Below, in pieces: positions 1 through 8,820 of a stretch of DNA of 64,000 nucleotides (position 1 is its first letter; the number at the start of each line of letters is the position of its first letter). The stretch spans positions 64,001 through 128,000 of the forward strand of contig CAXXKT010000002.1 in the NCBI GenBank assembly GCA_963662405.2, written 5' to 3'. The translations under genes and the position numbers were made by a program. Origin of the DNA: Syntrophales bacterium (GTDB lineage: Bacteria; Desulfobacterota; Syntrophia; Syntrophales; UBA2210). Below the pieces are notes generated by a model. That model saw nothing but the letters and a program-made list of their open reading frames with translations, did no database searches and was not told the DNA's origin.

Positions 1-4
1 CGAG

Positions 5-874
5 GTGCGAGGAGGAGGAGGAGAAGACCAGGGTGACTGCGAACGGCAGTTTACCTTCGCGGAGAGCCTCTTCAACGAAGCCGATTATTTTCGGGCGATT
101 GGAGAATACAAGCGATTCATATTTCTCTGCCCAGGCTCAACGCAGCTCTGTGAAAAGGCATATTTCAAGATTGGTCTGAGTTATTTCAGGGCAAATCAAT
201 GGCAGGGGGCACGGGAGGCGTTCGGTACCTTTCTGATCACGTTCCCTGACAGCATACAGAAGCCGGATGCACTCTATTTGAAAGGAATGAGCGAGAAGCA
301 TCTTTCGCTCCATCACGAGGCCATTGCCACCTTTGCTCGGCTCATAGAGACAGACAGGAACGAATATCAAGCGAAAGCGATATATCAAAGTGCGCTGATC
401 TTCGTCGATCGTGAAGAATGGAAAAGGGCAGGGGAGATGTTTGCCCGTATCCCCGAGGGGAACAGCCTGTACGATTCCGCCCGGGTCTTTTCAGCAGGCA
501 TTGACCGAATTGACAATCTCCCCTCCAAATCACTCCCTCTCGCCGGAACGCTTGCCGCCGTCCTTCCCGGTGCCGGGCACCTGTATACAGAGAGACCGAA
601 AGATGCCCTTGTTGCCTTTCTCCTGAACGGTTTTTTCATATGGAGCGCCATCGAGCTATTCAAAGATGACAAATATGTCACCGGCGGGATCGTGTCGTTC
701 TTCGAATTCGGGTGGTATACCGGCAACATTTACAGTGCCATCGGCAGCGCACACAAATTCAACAAAAGGACAAGAGAGGATTTTATCAACGGACTGAAAA
801 CCCGGGTCACCGTCTCGTATCTCCATGGTTCAGACCGTGCGTATAACGGTCTTATGTTGAGCATGAGTTTTTAA
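5..874 (+). CDS. TPR-repeat (BamD/YfiO-like) protein with hydrophobic C-terminal domain; probably 5'-truncated by the window edge
   Basis: TPR-like helices (AYFKIGLSYF, ALYLKGMSE, AIYQSALIF); C-terminal AVLPGAGHLY motif followed by hydrophobic segments. Confidence 0.7.
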   Translation: MRGGGGEDQGDCERQFTFAESLFNEADYFRAIGEYKRFIFLCPGSTQLCEKAYFKIGLSYFRANQWQGAREAFGTFLITFPDSIQKPDALYLKGMSEKHLSLHHEAIATFARLIETDRNEYQAKAIYQSALIFVDREEWKRAGEMFARIPEGNSLYDSARVFSAGIDRIDNLPSKSLPLAGTLAAVLPGAGHLYTERPKDALVAFLLNGFFIWSAIELFKDDKYVTGGIVSFFEFGWYTGNIYSAIGSAHKFNKRTREDFINGLKTRVTVSYLHGSDRAYNGLMLSMSF

Positions 875-881
875 CCTTAAA

Positions 882-1331
882 ATGTCGAACCATAAAATTT
901 ATATTTTACTTGTTCTGGTGTGGATCATCCTACCGGCCACCGCCGGATGGTCGCGTTCAAGTGCTTTTACCCCCTGGAGATTCAGTGATCGGGCTGCCGA
1001 TCAGGTCCATGCATCATCCCCGGGAGACAAGAGAGCCCCTTCTTTACCTGCGCGATTGGCACTCTCAGGACTGCGAGTCTTCTCCGAATGCATATCCAGG
1101 GTGGATGGGGATCGCTGTCCCATGTATCCGACCTGTGCCTCCTATAGCCGCCAGGCTTTTAAGAAGCACGGTTTTTTTATTGGGTTTGCGATGACCGCCG
1201 ATAGGTTGATACATGAATCAAGCGAGGTAGACTATGCCCCCCGCGTACGAGTGTATGGGCGAATGCGATACTACGATCCGGTCAGTTGGAATGATTCTTG
1301 GTGGTATCATCCCGAGGGTCTTGACAAATAG
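882..1331 (+). CDS. YidD/haemolytic-domain family protein with N-terminal signal-like segment
   Basis: RCPMYPTCASYSRQAFKKHG resembles the YidD CxxxPTCSxY motif; hydrophobic N-terminus. Confidence 0.75.
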   Translation: MSNHKIYILLVLVWIILPATAGWSRSSAFTPWRFSDRAADQVHASSPGDKRAPSLPARLALSGLRVFSECISRVDGDRCPMYPTCASYSRQAFKKHGFFIGFAMTADRLIHESSEVDYAPRVRVYGRMRYYDPVSWNDSWWYHPEGLDK

Positions 1332-1348
1332 CAGGGAAGTAATAGATT
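1321..1348 (+). promoter_or_regulatory. Putative sigma70 promoter for the J-domain gene
   Basis: TTGACA (1321-1326), 16 nt spacer, TAGATT (1343-1348). Confidence 0.4.
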
Positions 1349-1357
1349 AGAGGCATT

Positions 1358-2290
1358 ATGGCGGAAGACTATTATCAGATACTCGGTATCGACAAGAAGG
1401 CATCGCAAGACGATATAAAGAAGGCATACCGTAAACTTGCGCTCGAATACCACCCCGATAGAAATCAGGGGAATGCATCAGCCGAAGAGCGATTCAAAAA
1501 GATCAGCGAGGCATACGCCGTCCTGGGTGATGTGGAGAAACGGAAACAGTACGACAGCTTCGGGTCCCAGGAGGCATTCAATCGAAGTTTTTCCCAGGAG
1601 GATATATTCAGAGGGTTCGATCTCAACGACATACTGAGAGACCTCGGTGGGTTTGGTAGTGCGGGCAGGATGCGGGGACAAAACCGTGGCTATGGAACGG
1701 ACGATCTTTTTTCACAACTTTTCCGGGGACAACAACAGCAGTATCGACAGCAACCGGTCCCCCGAAAGGGCCAGGACCTTGAGTACAACCTCTCCATCAG
1801 TATCGAAGATGCCTATTCCGGATCGGAGAAACGAATCACATTCAAGAAGGATGATGGCGGCTTGACCGAAATGACCGTGAAGGTTCCGAAGGGTATCGAT
1901 ACCGGTAAAAAAATGAGACTTGCCGGAAAAGGACTTCCCGGCTCAGGCGGTGGTCCTCCCGGCGATATGTTCATTAACGTCAAGATCGCCCCTCATCAGT
2001 TCTTCACACGGGAGGGGGATGACATTTTTATCCACAAGTCTATCACCTTTCCTCAGGCCGCCCTGGGTACCTCCGTCGACATCCGGATGCCGGATGGTGA
2101 AACAAAGCGGATCAAGGTGCCGCCGGGGACGCAGGCAAACACCAAGATCAGAATGAAGGGCTTCGGCTTTCCCAAGTTCAGGGGGACCGGCAGAGGAGAC
2201 GGTTATGTGCGTTTTTCTATCGAGGTGCCCAAAAAACTAACCAAAAAGCAATCTCAATTGATTAAAGCCCTTGTTGAAGAAGGACTCTAA
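1358..2290 (+). CDS. DnaJ-class co-chaperone without zinc finger (CbpA-like)
   Basis: J domain with HPD motif, G/F-rich linker, DnaJ C-terminal domains, no CxxCxGxG repeats. Confidence 0.9.
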   Translation: MAEDYYQILGIDKKASQDDIKKAYRKLALEYHPDRNQGNASAEERFKKISEAYAVLGDVEKRKQYDSFGSQEAFNRSFSQEDIFRGFDLNDILRDLGGFGSAGRMRGQNRGYGTDDLFSQLFRGQQQQYRQQPVPRKGQDLEYNLSISIEDAYSGSEKRITFKKDDGGLTEMTVKVPKGIDTGKKMRLAGKGLPGSGGGPPGDMFINVKIAPHQFFTREGDDIFIHKSITFPQAALGTSVDIRMPDGETKRIKVPPGTQANTKIRMKGFGFPKFRGTGRGDGYVRFSIEVPKKLTKKQSQLIKALVEEGL

Positions 2291-2389
2291 TCACTTTTAC
2301 GTTCCGTATTAACACGACCTCGATGCGGATACAGTATCCCTCCGGGTCTTCTGTTAAGATCGATTATTTTGCAAGGAAAGAGGACGTGC

Positions 2390-3841
2390 GTGAAAAAGGA
2401 TGGGATAAACGAACTCGATTGCATATTCAAACCACGCTCCATCGCCGTTATCGGGGCATCCGACACCTTTCGGAAGTGGGGAACCCTTATGGTGGAGCGA
2501 CCACTCACAACCGGTTATCACGGTGCTATATATCCCATTAATCCCCACAAGAAACGAATACTGGGGCTTCCCGCCTATCCCCGGGTGGGCGATGTTCCCG
2601 GTAATATCGATCTCGCCGTTATCACCACACCTTCAGCTACTATTCCGAATATCCTGCGCGAGTGCGCTGAGAAGGGTATCAGGGGAGCAGTCATCATTAC
2701 GGCCGGTTTCGCCGAAGTAGGGGAAGAGGGGAGACACCTCGAAGAGGAGATGGTCGCCGCTGCCCGTGAGGGTGGAATCAGGTTTGTGGGTCCGAACGGG
2801 ATGGGGATATGGAGCGCCGCGGCCCACCTCAGCCTGTGCTTTCACCAGGCTCCCAAATCGGGACCCATGGCGTTCGTTTCCCAGAGCGGGACCTTCGGTG
2901 TCGCCATGGCCCGGGTAGCGAATCAGAAAGGACACGGTCTCAGCAAATTCATCAGTATCGGTAACCAGGCGGACCTCGAAGCCGCCGATTACCTCGAATA
3001 TCTGGCCGGTGACGAAGAAACGAAGGTCATCCTACTCTACCTCGAGGGCCTGAAGGATGGGAGGCGTTTCTTTGAGGTCGCAAAGAGGGTGATACGCGAA
3101 AAACCGCTGGTCGTCTATAAGGCAGGACGCTCAAAGGCGGGTGCTCGGGCGACCATGTCACATACCGCGTCGATCGCCGGATCGGAAAAGGTCTTTGACG
3201 GGATGTGCCGACAGGTCGGAATCATCCAGGTTCGGGAGGCCTTTCACCTCTTCGAGGTGGCCGAAGCCCTGGCGCAGCTTCCCCTGCCTTCGGGAAACCG
3301 GGTTGCCATCCTGGGGAGCGGCGGACAGGGGGTCGTGGGGAGCGATGCCTGCTCGGCCTTCGGACTCGAACTCCCCGAACTGGACCCCGATATGGCCCGA
3401 ACGATCACGGCACTTCTCCCCGCCCACGCGCCGCCGGCGACAAACCCCATCGATTTCGCCGGAAGCAGACGGACCGCCATTCAGGAGGCGGAAATTATCG
3501 AAAAACTCCTCAAACTGCATTATATCGACGGCGTTATCAGCAACGTACCCGTCAGCCCGCAGATATGGGATCCTTCACTGGAGATCATTGATATCAAGGG
3601 CGATTCCCTTTCAGAACCCGTCAAGACCGCCGTCGACGGCGCCAGATTGTATGCCTCGCTACCCGAAAAATACGGCAAACCGATCATCTGTCTCCGGTTC
3701 GGCCGCATCGAGAAGGATATCATGGAGGGCATCCTAGGGGAGGGGGGAATACCGGTATACGATACCCCGGAACAGTGCGCCCGCGCGATGTCGGCCCTCT
3801 TTCGATACGGCTCCACCCGTAGAAGAATAAACGGCAGCTAA
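2390..3841 (+). CDS. NDP-forming acyl-CoA synthetase, alpha-type subunit (CoA-binding plus ligase domains)
   Basis: PRSIAVIGAS, GPNGMG, SQSGT, SIGNQAD, SHTASIAGS (phospho-His), NPIDF; GTG start at 2390 chosen (ORF track starts 2369). Confidence 0.85.
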   Translation: MKKDGINELDCIFKPRSIAVIGASDTFRKWGTLMVERPLTTGYHGAIYPINPHKKRILGLPAYPRVGDVPGNIDLAVITTPSATIPNILRECAEKGIRGAVIITAGFAEVGEEGRHLEEEMVAAAREGGIRFVGPNGMGIWSAAAHLSLCFHQAPKSGPMAFVSQSGTFGVAMARVANQKGHGLSKFISIGNQADLEAADYLEYLAGDEETKVILLYLEGLKDGRRFFEVAKRVIREKPLVVYKAGRSKAGARATMSHTASIAGSEKVFDGMCRQVGIIQVREAFHLFEVAEALAQLPLPSGNRVAILGSGGQGVVGSDACSAFGLELPELDPDMARTITALLPAHAPPATNPIDFAGSRRTAIQEAEIIEKLLKLHYIDGVISNVPVSPQIWDPSLEIIDIKGDSLSEPVKTAVDGARLYASLPEKYGKPIICLRFGRIEKDIMEGILGEGGIPVYDTPEQCARAMSALFRYGSTRRRINGS

Positions 3842-4049
3842 TCGTACCGATAGAATCTCTTCGATTTCGAAGACGAATTATCATAGCTACCCGTTGAAAG
3901 GTCAAATCAGTTTGACCCGATTGCACCTGGAAGATAAAAATGATATTGGGCAACCCTTTCGGAAGCAATGTCAATTTCTCCGAGTTCAAGTTTTCACGTT
4001 CGCGAGGACGTGGCGTTTATACAAACATACAGAGAGGAGTCGTCAAGGT

Positions 4050-4907
4050 ATGTCATTGAAAAAAGTAGGGGTTATTGGTGCGGGGATGATGGGTGCAGAG
4101 ATCTCTCTTTGCTTTGCCAATGGGGGATACGATGTGGTGATGAGTGATGCTACCAGGGATTTGGCATTGAATGGTAAAACCCGGCAAGAAACGATTCTTG
4201 ATAAGAGCATTAAAAAGGGAAAGATAGATGCTTCTGACAAGGAAGCGATCCTAAGTCGTATTGTTGCAACGGATCAGATTGAAGCGATGGATGATGCCGA
4301 TCTCGTTATCGAGGCGGTGGTAGAGAATTTCGAACTCAAAAAGGGAATTTTTGAAAGGCTTGACGCCGTATGCAAAAAAGAGTGTGTGATAGCGAGTAAC
4401 ACATCGAGTATTCCCATCACTAAACTGGCGACGACTGTAACAAGAGAAAGGGCCGAAAGGTTTCTCGGCATCCACTTTTTTTCTCCGGCCTTTATCATGA
4501 AGCTGGTCGAGATTATCCCCGGCTATCTCTGTCAGAGAGAGGCGGTCGAATGTGCCAAAGCGGCTGCCCAGTCGATCGGCAAAACCCCGGTCGAGGTCAA
4601 GGATGTCGCCGGGTTTGCCGTTAACAGGTTGCTGAATATCTTCTTCATCGAGGCGATAAAGCTTCTGGAGGAAGGGGTGGCAACGGTGGAGGATATTGAC
4701 ACGGCATGCAAGCTGGGTCTGGGTCACCCGGTGGGCCCGTTTGAACTGTTGGATCTGACGGGACTTGATCTGAACTTGAGTGTCCATGAGGTGCTTTTTA
4801 ACGAGTACGGCGAAAGGTTTCGGCCGCGCCCGCTGCTCAGAAAAATGGTTACCTCTGGCTTGTACGGAAGGAAGTCGGGAGAGGGCTTCCACAACTATAA
4901 CAAGTAG
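4050..4907 (+). CDS. hbd: 3-hydroxyacyl(butyryl)-CoA dehydrogenase, copy 1
   Basis: GAGMMG Rossmann motif, EAVVE, SNTSS, GIHFF, GFAVNRL, GHPVGP; ATG at 4050 after GAGGAG. Confidence 0.9.
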   Translation: MSLKKVGVIGAGMMGAEISLCFANGGYDVVMSDATRDLALNGKTRQETILDKSIKKGKIDASDKEAILSRIVATDQIEAMDDADLVIEAVVENFELKKGIFERLDAVCKKECVIASNTSSIPITKLATTVTRERAERFLGIHFFSPAFIMKLVEIIPGYLCQREAVECAKAAAQSIGKTPVEVKDVAGFAVNRLLNIFFIEAIKLLEEGVATVEDIDTACKLGLGHPVGPFELLDLTGLDLNLSVHEVLFNEYGERFRPRPLLRKMVTSGLYGRKSGEGFHNYNK

Positions 4908-4970
4908 GAAAAACGCTTTCGATCGTGCTTGGTCTTCTGGAATATAACCGGATGAAATTAATCAGATTTA

Positions 4971-5003
4971 CCTGCAGGGGAGGGCACCACTCTCTCCTGC
5001 AGG
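4971..5003. terminator. 14-bp GC-rich hairpin between convergent genes (second copy in repeat B)
   Basis: CCTGCAGGGGAGGG-CACCA-CTCTCTCCTGCAGG; the only difference between the two copies falls in the loop; no clear U-tract. Confidence 0.5.
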
Positions 5004-5225
5004 GGGTAACCCTTTGAAAAGGCGAGCGTACCACCCCCTCATTCTCTGCAAGTTTTGTTTTCCCACGGAAAGACTCGATTCATTATACAAATTCAATCGA
5101 AATATCGGGGAACTCTTTTCAAATTCACGCTTCAGATCTCTCATGAGTGATGACGTGAGAGGTGGTCCGGTTTCTTTGGACAGGTAACAGGGATTTATAA
5201 GTGGGAAGTTGCCCTGGGTTTGTGT

Positions 5226-6056
5226 TCATGCCGCAGCCTGTCCCTGTGGTAGTGATTCAAAATAAACCATAGCCGGTGTCTTTCTGTCAAAAGTATTGTG
5301 CCACCGTTTCTCGTTGTAGAACTGAAAATAGTCGGTAAGCCCCTTCTTCAACTCTTTCATTGAACCGTATGCCTTCAGATAGATATCTTCGTACTTGACG
5401 CTCTTCCAGAGCCGTTCGATGAAGACATTGTCCATCCATCGCCCCTGACCGTCCATGCTGATAGAGATATCATGAGAGCGAAGGACATCGATGAATGCCT
5501 GTGAGGTAAACTGACTGCCCTGATCGGTATTGAAGATAGCCGGGCGCCCATACGTGGTGAGTGCTTCTTCAAGCGCATCCACACAAAACGCACTGTCCAA
5601 CGTATTCGACAACCGCCAGGAGAGGACCATCCGACTCGCCCAGTCCATAACGGCTACCAGATAACAGAACCCTCGTTCCATGGGAATATACGTGATATCG
5701 GCAGACCATACGTGGTTGGGACGGATGATATCAAGTCCCCGTAACAGATACGGATATATCGGGTGCTGGGGATGCTTTATCGATAATCTCGGCTTGATGT
5801 ACAACGCCTCGATCCCCATGCGACGCATCAACCGACGTACCTTATCACGTCCGATATCATACCCTCTCTGCCACAGCTCATTGCGAATCTTCCGACTCCC
5901 ATAGAAGGGATACTGAAGATGAATCTCATCAATCTGACGCATCAGCTCCAGATCCTTCGCGCTGACCGGAACCGGAGAGTAATAAACACTCGATCGGGAC
6001 AGCTCCAAGAGTTCGCATTGACGGGTTATGGGCACACTCTTTTCTCTCTTGATCAT
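5226..6056 (-). CDS. IS3-family transposase OrfB (DDE/rve domain)
   Basis: WSADITY, FNTDQGSQF and NVFIERLWKSVK supply the D-D-E triad; YGSRKI HTH-like segment. Confidence 0.95.
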   Translation of the reverse strand: MIKREKSVPITRQCELLELSRSSVYYSPVPVSAKDLELMRQIDEIHLQYPFYGSRKIRNELWQRGYDIGRDKVRRLMRRMGIEALYIKPRLSIKHPQHPIYPYLLRGLDIIRPNHVWSADITYIPMERGFCYLVAVMDWASRMVLSWRLSNTLDSAFCVDALEEALTTYGRPAIFNTDQGSQFTSQAFIDVLRSHDISISMDGQGRWMDNVFIERLWKSVKYEDIYLKAYGSMKELKKGLTDYFQFYNEKRWHNTFDRKTPAMVYFESLPQGQAAA

Positions 6057-6355
6057 CGCTTTGCGCTCGTTCCGTTGATGCGACCGAGCGCATGTGATAA
6101 AAAATCATTCTCCATCGATAACTGTCCGATCTTGGCGTGAAGTTCTTTTACATCCGGACCCTGGTTGTCCTTATGACCCTTGCCAAATACGTCCGATGCG
6201 TGATCCATCAACTGCTTCTTCCATGTGGTGATCTGGTTCGGGTGTACCTGATACCGCTCGGCAAGCTCAACGATCGTCTGGTCCCCTTTCAGTGCCTCCA
6301 ATGCCACCTTCGCCTTGAAGGACGGTGCATGGTTCCTCCGCGGTCTCTTGCTCAT
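6053..6355 (-). CDS. IS3-family transposase OrfA (HTH)
   Basis: FKAKVALEAL...LAERYQVHPNQITTWKKQL; AAGGAGG RBS before ATG 6355; T-TTT-TTA slippery site at 6098-6104 with the -1 frame open into OrfB; ATGA overlap. Confidence 0.93.
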   Translation of the reverse strand: MSKRPRRNHAPSFKAKVALEALKGDQTIVELAERYQVHPNQITTWKKQLMDHASDVFGKGHKDNQGPDVKELHAKIGQLSMENDFLSHALGRINGTSAKR

Positions 6356-7000
6356 ATCTCTTTCCTCCTTACGTCCACTATAGAGCAACTTTCCCACTTA
6401 TGCACCTGTCCAAATTTGCCCGACCAGCTCTGTGATCGCCAGGGCGATCGCACGGCAGGTGAAGCAACCCGGGAAGTGATCCGTAAAATCGGTAAAAAGA
6501 TACATTTCCCGTTCCATCTCATTGTACCGGACCCGGGTTATGACTCCCAACCTGTCCAGTGAAAGCCCGCGTTCCGGGTCTTTGATCCGTGCGAGGATCG
6601 CATCGATCTTCCGTATCATTTCCGGATTCATTATATCGTTCTATACCCGGCAGTAGAAATACAGGTCTGCAATTTGAGCTATTGCCAGAGGCCACCGATA
6701 TCTCCGAAAAATATGTGAGCGAAAACACTTGGTAAAGGAGACGACGCGATGGCCCGGAAGTATAATGCCGCTCTTGACGTGACCTGAGCACCTCCAAGTC
6801 CTTCTCCCGTCATCTCTCATTTTTTGGTATGTCCATCATCACCTTGGGGGAACTTCAACTCACTATTTATCCAATCGCATCAGAAAGCAAAGGTGATTCT
6901 TGACGGGTCATTGGAAAGCGATGTTTGTGCCATATTTCCCGCGTAAGTTAAAAAGATATCCCAGAAAATAAAAGCTTACCAAAACGCATATATTTTTTTC

Positions 7001-7029
7001 TTGACAGCCTATGAGCAAGTGTATATAGC
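7001..7029 (+). promoter_or_regulatory. Putative sigma70 promoter of the tetR-liv operon
   Basis: TTGACA (7001-7006), 17 nt spacer, TATAGC (7024-7029); AT-rich upstream. Confidence 0.6.
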
Positions 7030-7039
7030 CTTTGCACAG

Positions 7040-7115
7040 GTTAATGACGTTAATTAAAGTTAATGACGTTAATTAAAGTTAATGACGTTAATTAAGGTTA
7101 ATGACGTTAATTAAG
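7040..7115. repeat. Four tandem 19-bp units GTTAATGACGTTAATTAAR; candidate TetR operator array
   Basis: Units start at 7040, 7059, 7078 and 7097; last base A,A,G,G; core TTAATG-A-CGTTAA is a one-mismatch palindrome. Confidence 0.95.
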
Positions 7116-7190
7116 GTAAACGGCATTGATTGACAAGGACGCGTGTGTCGACTTCTGGTTTAAGAACGAATCATAAAAGAGGGGGGAGTC

Positions 7191-7805
7191 ATGATGATGG
7201 GAAAAAGTGCTGGCAATCCGATACGGAAGAAGATCCTCACCAGGGCAAGGAGCTTGTTTGGTCGAAAAGGATATTCCGAGACAACCATCAAAGATATTGC
7301 TGTCGCATATGGCTGTGAACCTGCCAATATTTACAACTATTTTGAGAGTAAAGAAGAAATCTTGTACGAGGTCTTATATGAGGAGACTCAAAGTCTGGTT
7401 TCGAAAATTAGGTTCCTGACTAAGGGTGACAAAGCCCAACCCGCCGAACAAATCAAAACGATATTTAGAGTTCATGGGGAAGTTGCATTGGGTGCAATGA
7501 AACCCGGAAAGCTCATGTATGATACCGAACTGAGAAGATTATCAAAAGAACATCAAAAGAAGATCATTGAATTGCGAGATGAATACGATGAAATTCTCCG
7601 ATCAATTATCCGCCGAGGTATCGATCTGGGTATATTTAAACCTGTCAACGTGCAGCTGGCCGCATATGCGATAGCTTCCACCCTTATGAGATTGAGAGTC
7701 TGGTATCACCCCAAGGGTTCGCTAGGCAAAAATGAAATAATCACGATTTTATGGGAATATGCGCTAAATGCATTAGGATATGAAGAAACATCCGAAGTGG
7801 TTTAG
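7191..7805 (+). CDS. TetR/AcrR-family transcriptional regulator
   Basis: N-terminal HTH (LFGRKGYSETTIKDIA...IYNYFESKEEIL); C-terminal WYHPKG resembles KstR2-like acyl-CoA-sensing TetRs. Confidence 0.92.
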   Translation: MMMGKSAGNPIRKKILTRARSLFGRKGYSETTIKDIAVAYGCEPANIYNYFESKEEILYEVLYEETQSLVSKIRFLTKGDKAQPAEQIKTIFRVHGEVALGAMKPGKLMYDTELRRLSKEHQKKIIELRDEYDEILRSIIRRGIDLGIFKPVNVQLAAYAIASTLMRLRVWYHPKGSLGKNEIITILWEYALNALGYEETSEVV

Positions 7806-7944
7806 CTTCCCTAACAAATACTATGTACGTTCCCCATGAGTAGTATGACCAATACCCCTCCAGGAATTATTCTCTGGCTTAAATGAGCCATATGGCGGGA
7901 TTGGCAATTCAAAGAAAAATAAAATAAGGAGGAGTGATTGTTCA

Positions 7945-8820
7945 ATGTTTATCGATATTCTAGTAAACGGCTTAGCAACCAGTGGTATGTATGGCCTATT
8001 GGCCGTTGGGTTCGCGCTTATTTTCAGTGTAGCGCGAATACTCAATATGGCACACACAGCCTTCTACATGATCGCAGCCTTTTTATTTTACGTGGCGGTA
8101 TCGGAATACCAAATGGGGGTTTTGCCCGCGATGACTGTCTCTGTCCTCGCAACAGTCATTCTGGGAGTCATTTGTTACAAACTTTTCTTTGAGAGGGTGA
8201 AGGAGCATGAGCAAACCGTCATGATCGTTTCCGTTGCCCTTGCGATGCTCGCTCAGGAAATATTTGTTTTGATTTTCGGTGGAACCTACCGTGGTATTGA
8301 TCCTGTTATCAAGGGATTTTACGAACTGAGTGGCGGGACCCGTATTTCGGGTCAGCATATATTCGCGGTTTTATCCACCAGTTTTATCCTTCTAGGCATC
8401 TGGCTCTGGTTATCGAAAACCAGGCTTGGTAACGCTATCCGTGCGGTCGCCCAAGATGCGGAGGTCGCAAATCTCATGGGCATTGATGACAGGAAGATGT
8501 GTGTTATCGTCATGAGTGTGTCCGTCTTGCTGGCGGGGATATCAGGTGTTGTGATGGCTCCAATCGGCATGGTCCATCCGTTGATGTGGGCTCAGCCGAT
8601 TGTCATAGTGCTGGCTGCCGTAATACTGGGTGGGATGGGAAGTATTGGCGGTGCGCTTATTGGCGCGGTGATTTTGGGTTATGTGGAAACTGCGGTTACT
8701 TTTTTGGTTCCTGGAGGTTCATTCCTGGGTGCTTCTGTTGCCTTGTTAATCATGGTGCTGGTGCTGATGATCAGGCCGGAAGGTTTGTTCGGAGTCTTTT
8801 TTGAGGAGGAAAGGTTATGA
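7945..8820 (+). CDS. livH: Branched-chain amino acid (Liv/HAAT)-type ABC permease, LivH-like
   Basis: GFALIFSVARILNMAH, TRLGNAIRAVAQD, ILGGMGSIGGA. Confidence 0.88.
   Translation: MFIDILVNGLATSGMYGLLAVGFALIFSVARILNMAHTAFYMIAAFLFYVAVSEYQMGVLPAMTVSVLATVILGVICYKLFFERVKEHEQTVMIVSVALAMLAQEIFVLIFGGTYRGIDPVIKGFYELSGGTRISGQHIFAVLSTSFILLGIWLWLSKTRLGNAIRAVAQDAEVANLMGIDDRKMCVIVMSVSVLLAGISGVVMAPIGMVHPLMWAQPIVIVLAAVILGGMGSIGGALIGAVILGYVETAVTFLVPGGSFLGASVALLIMVLVLMIRPEGLFGVFFEEERL

Larger units (their letters stand above)
5158..6431 (-). mobile_element. IS3-family insertion sequence, 1274 bp
   Basis: 28-bp imperfect terminal IRs (AGAGGTGGTCCGGTTTCTTTGGACAGGT vs AGAGCTGGTCGGGCAAATTTGGACAGGT, 22/28); GTG target duplication at 5155-5157 and 6432-6434; orfA/orfB layout. 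Confidence 0.95.
4864..6631. repeat. Direct repeat copy A (491 bp: 4864-5157 plus 6435-6631, split by IS3 element)
   Basis: Matches 20251-20742 with about ten differences counted by eye, including one 1-bp deletion. Confidence 0.95.
5071..6631 (-). pseudogene. IS-disrupted copy of the DUF59-like small protein gene (intact copy at 20470-20745)
   Basis: 5' part 6435-6631 and 3' part about 5083-5157 match the intact copy; the 3' part also has a 1-bp deletion in a T run. Confidence 0.9.

Noticed and set aside
7040..7115. CRISPR array
   Set aside because: Units are contiguous with no spacers, only 19 bp long, and there are no cas genes in the window.
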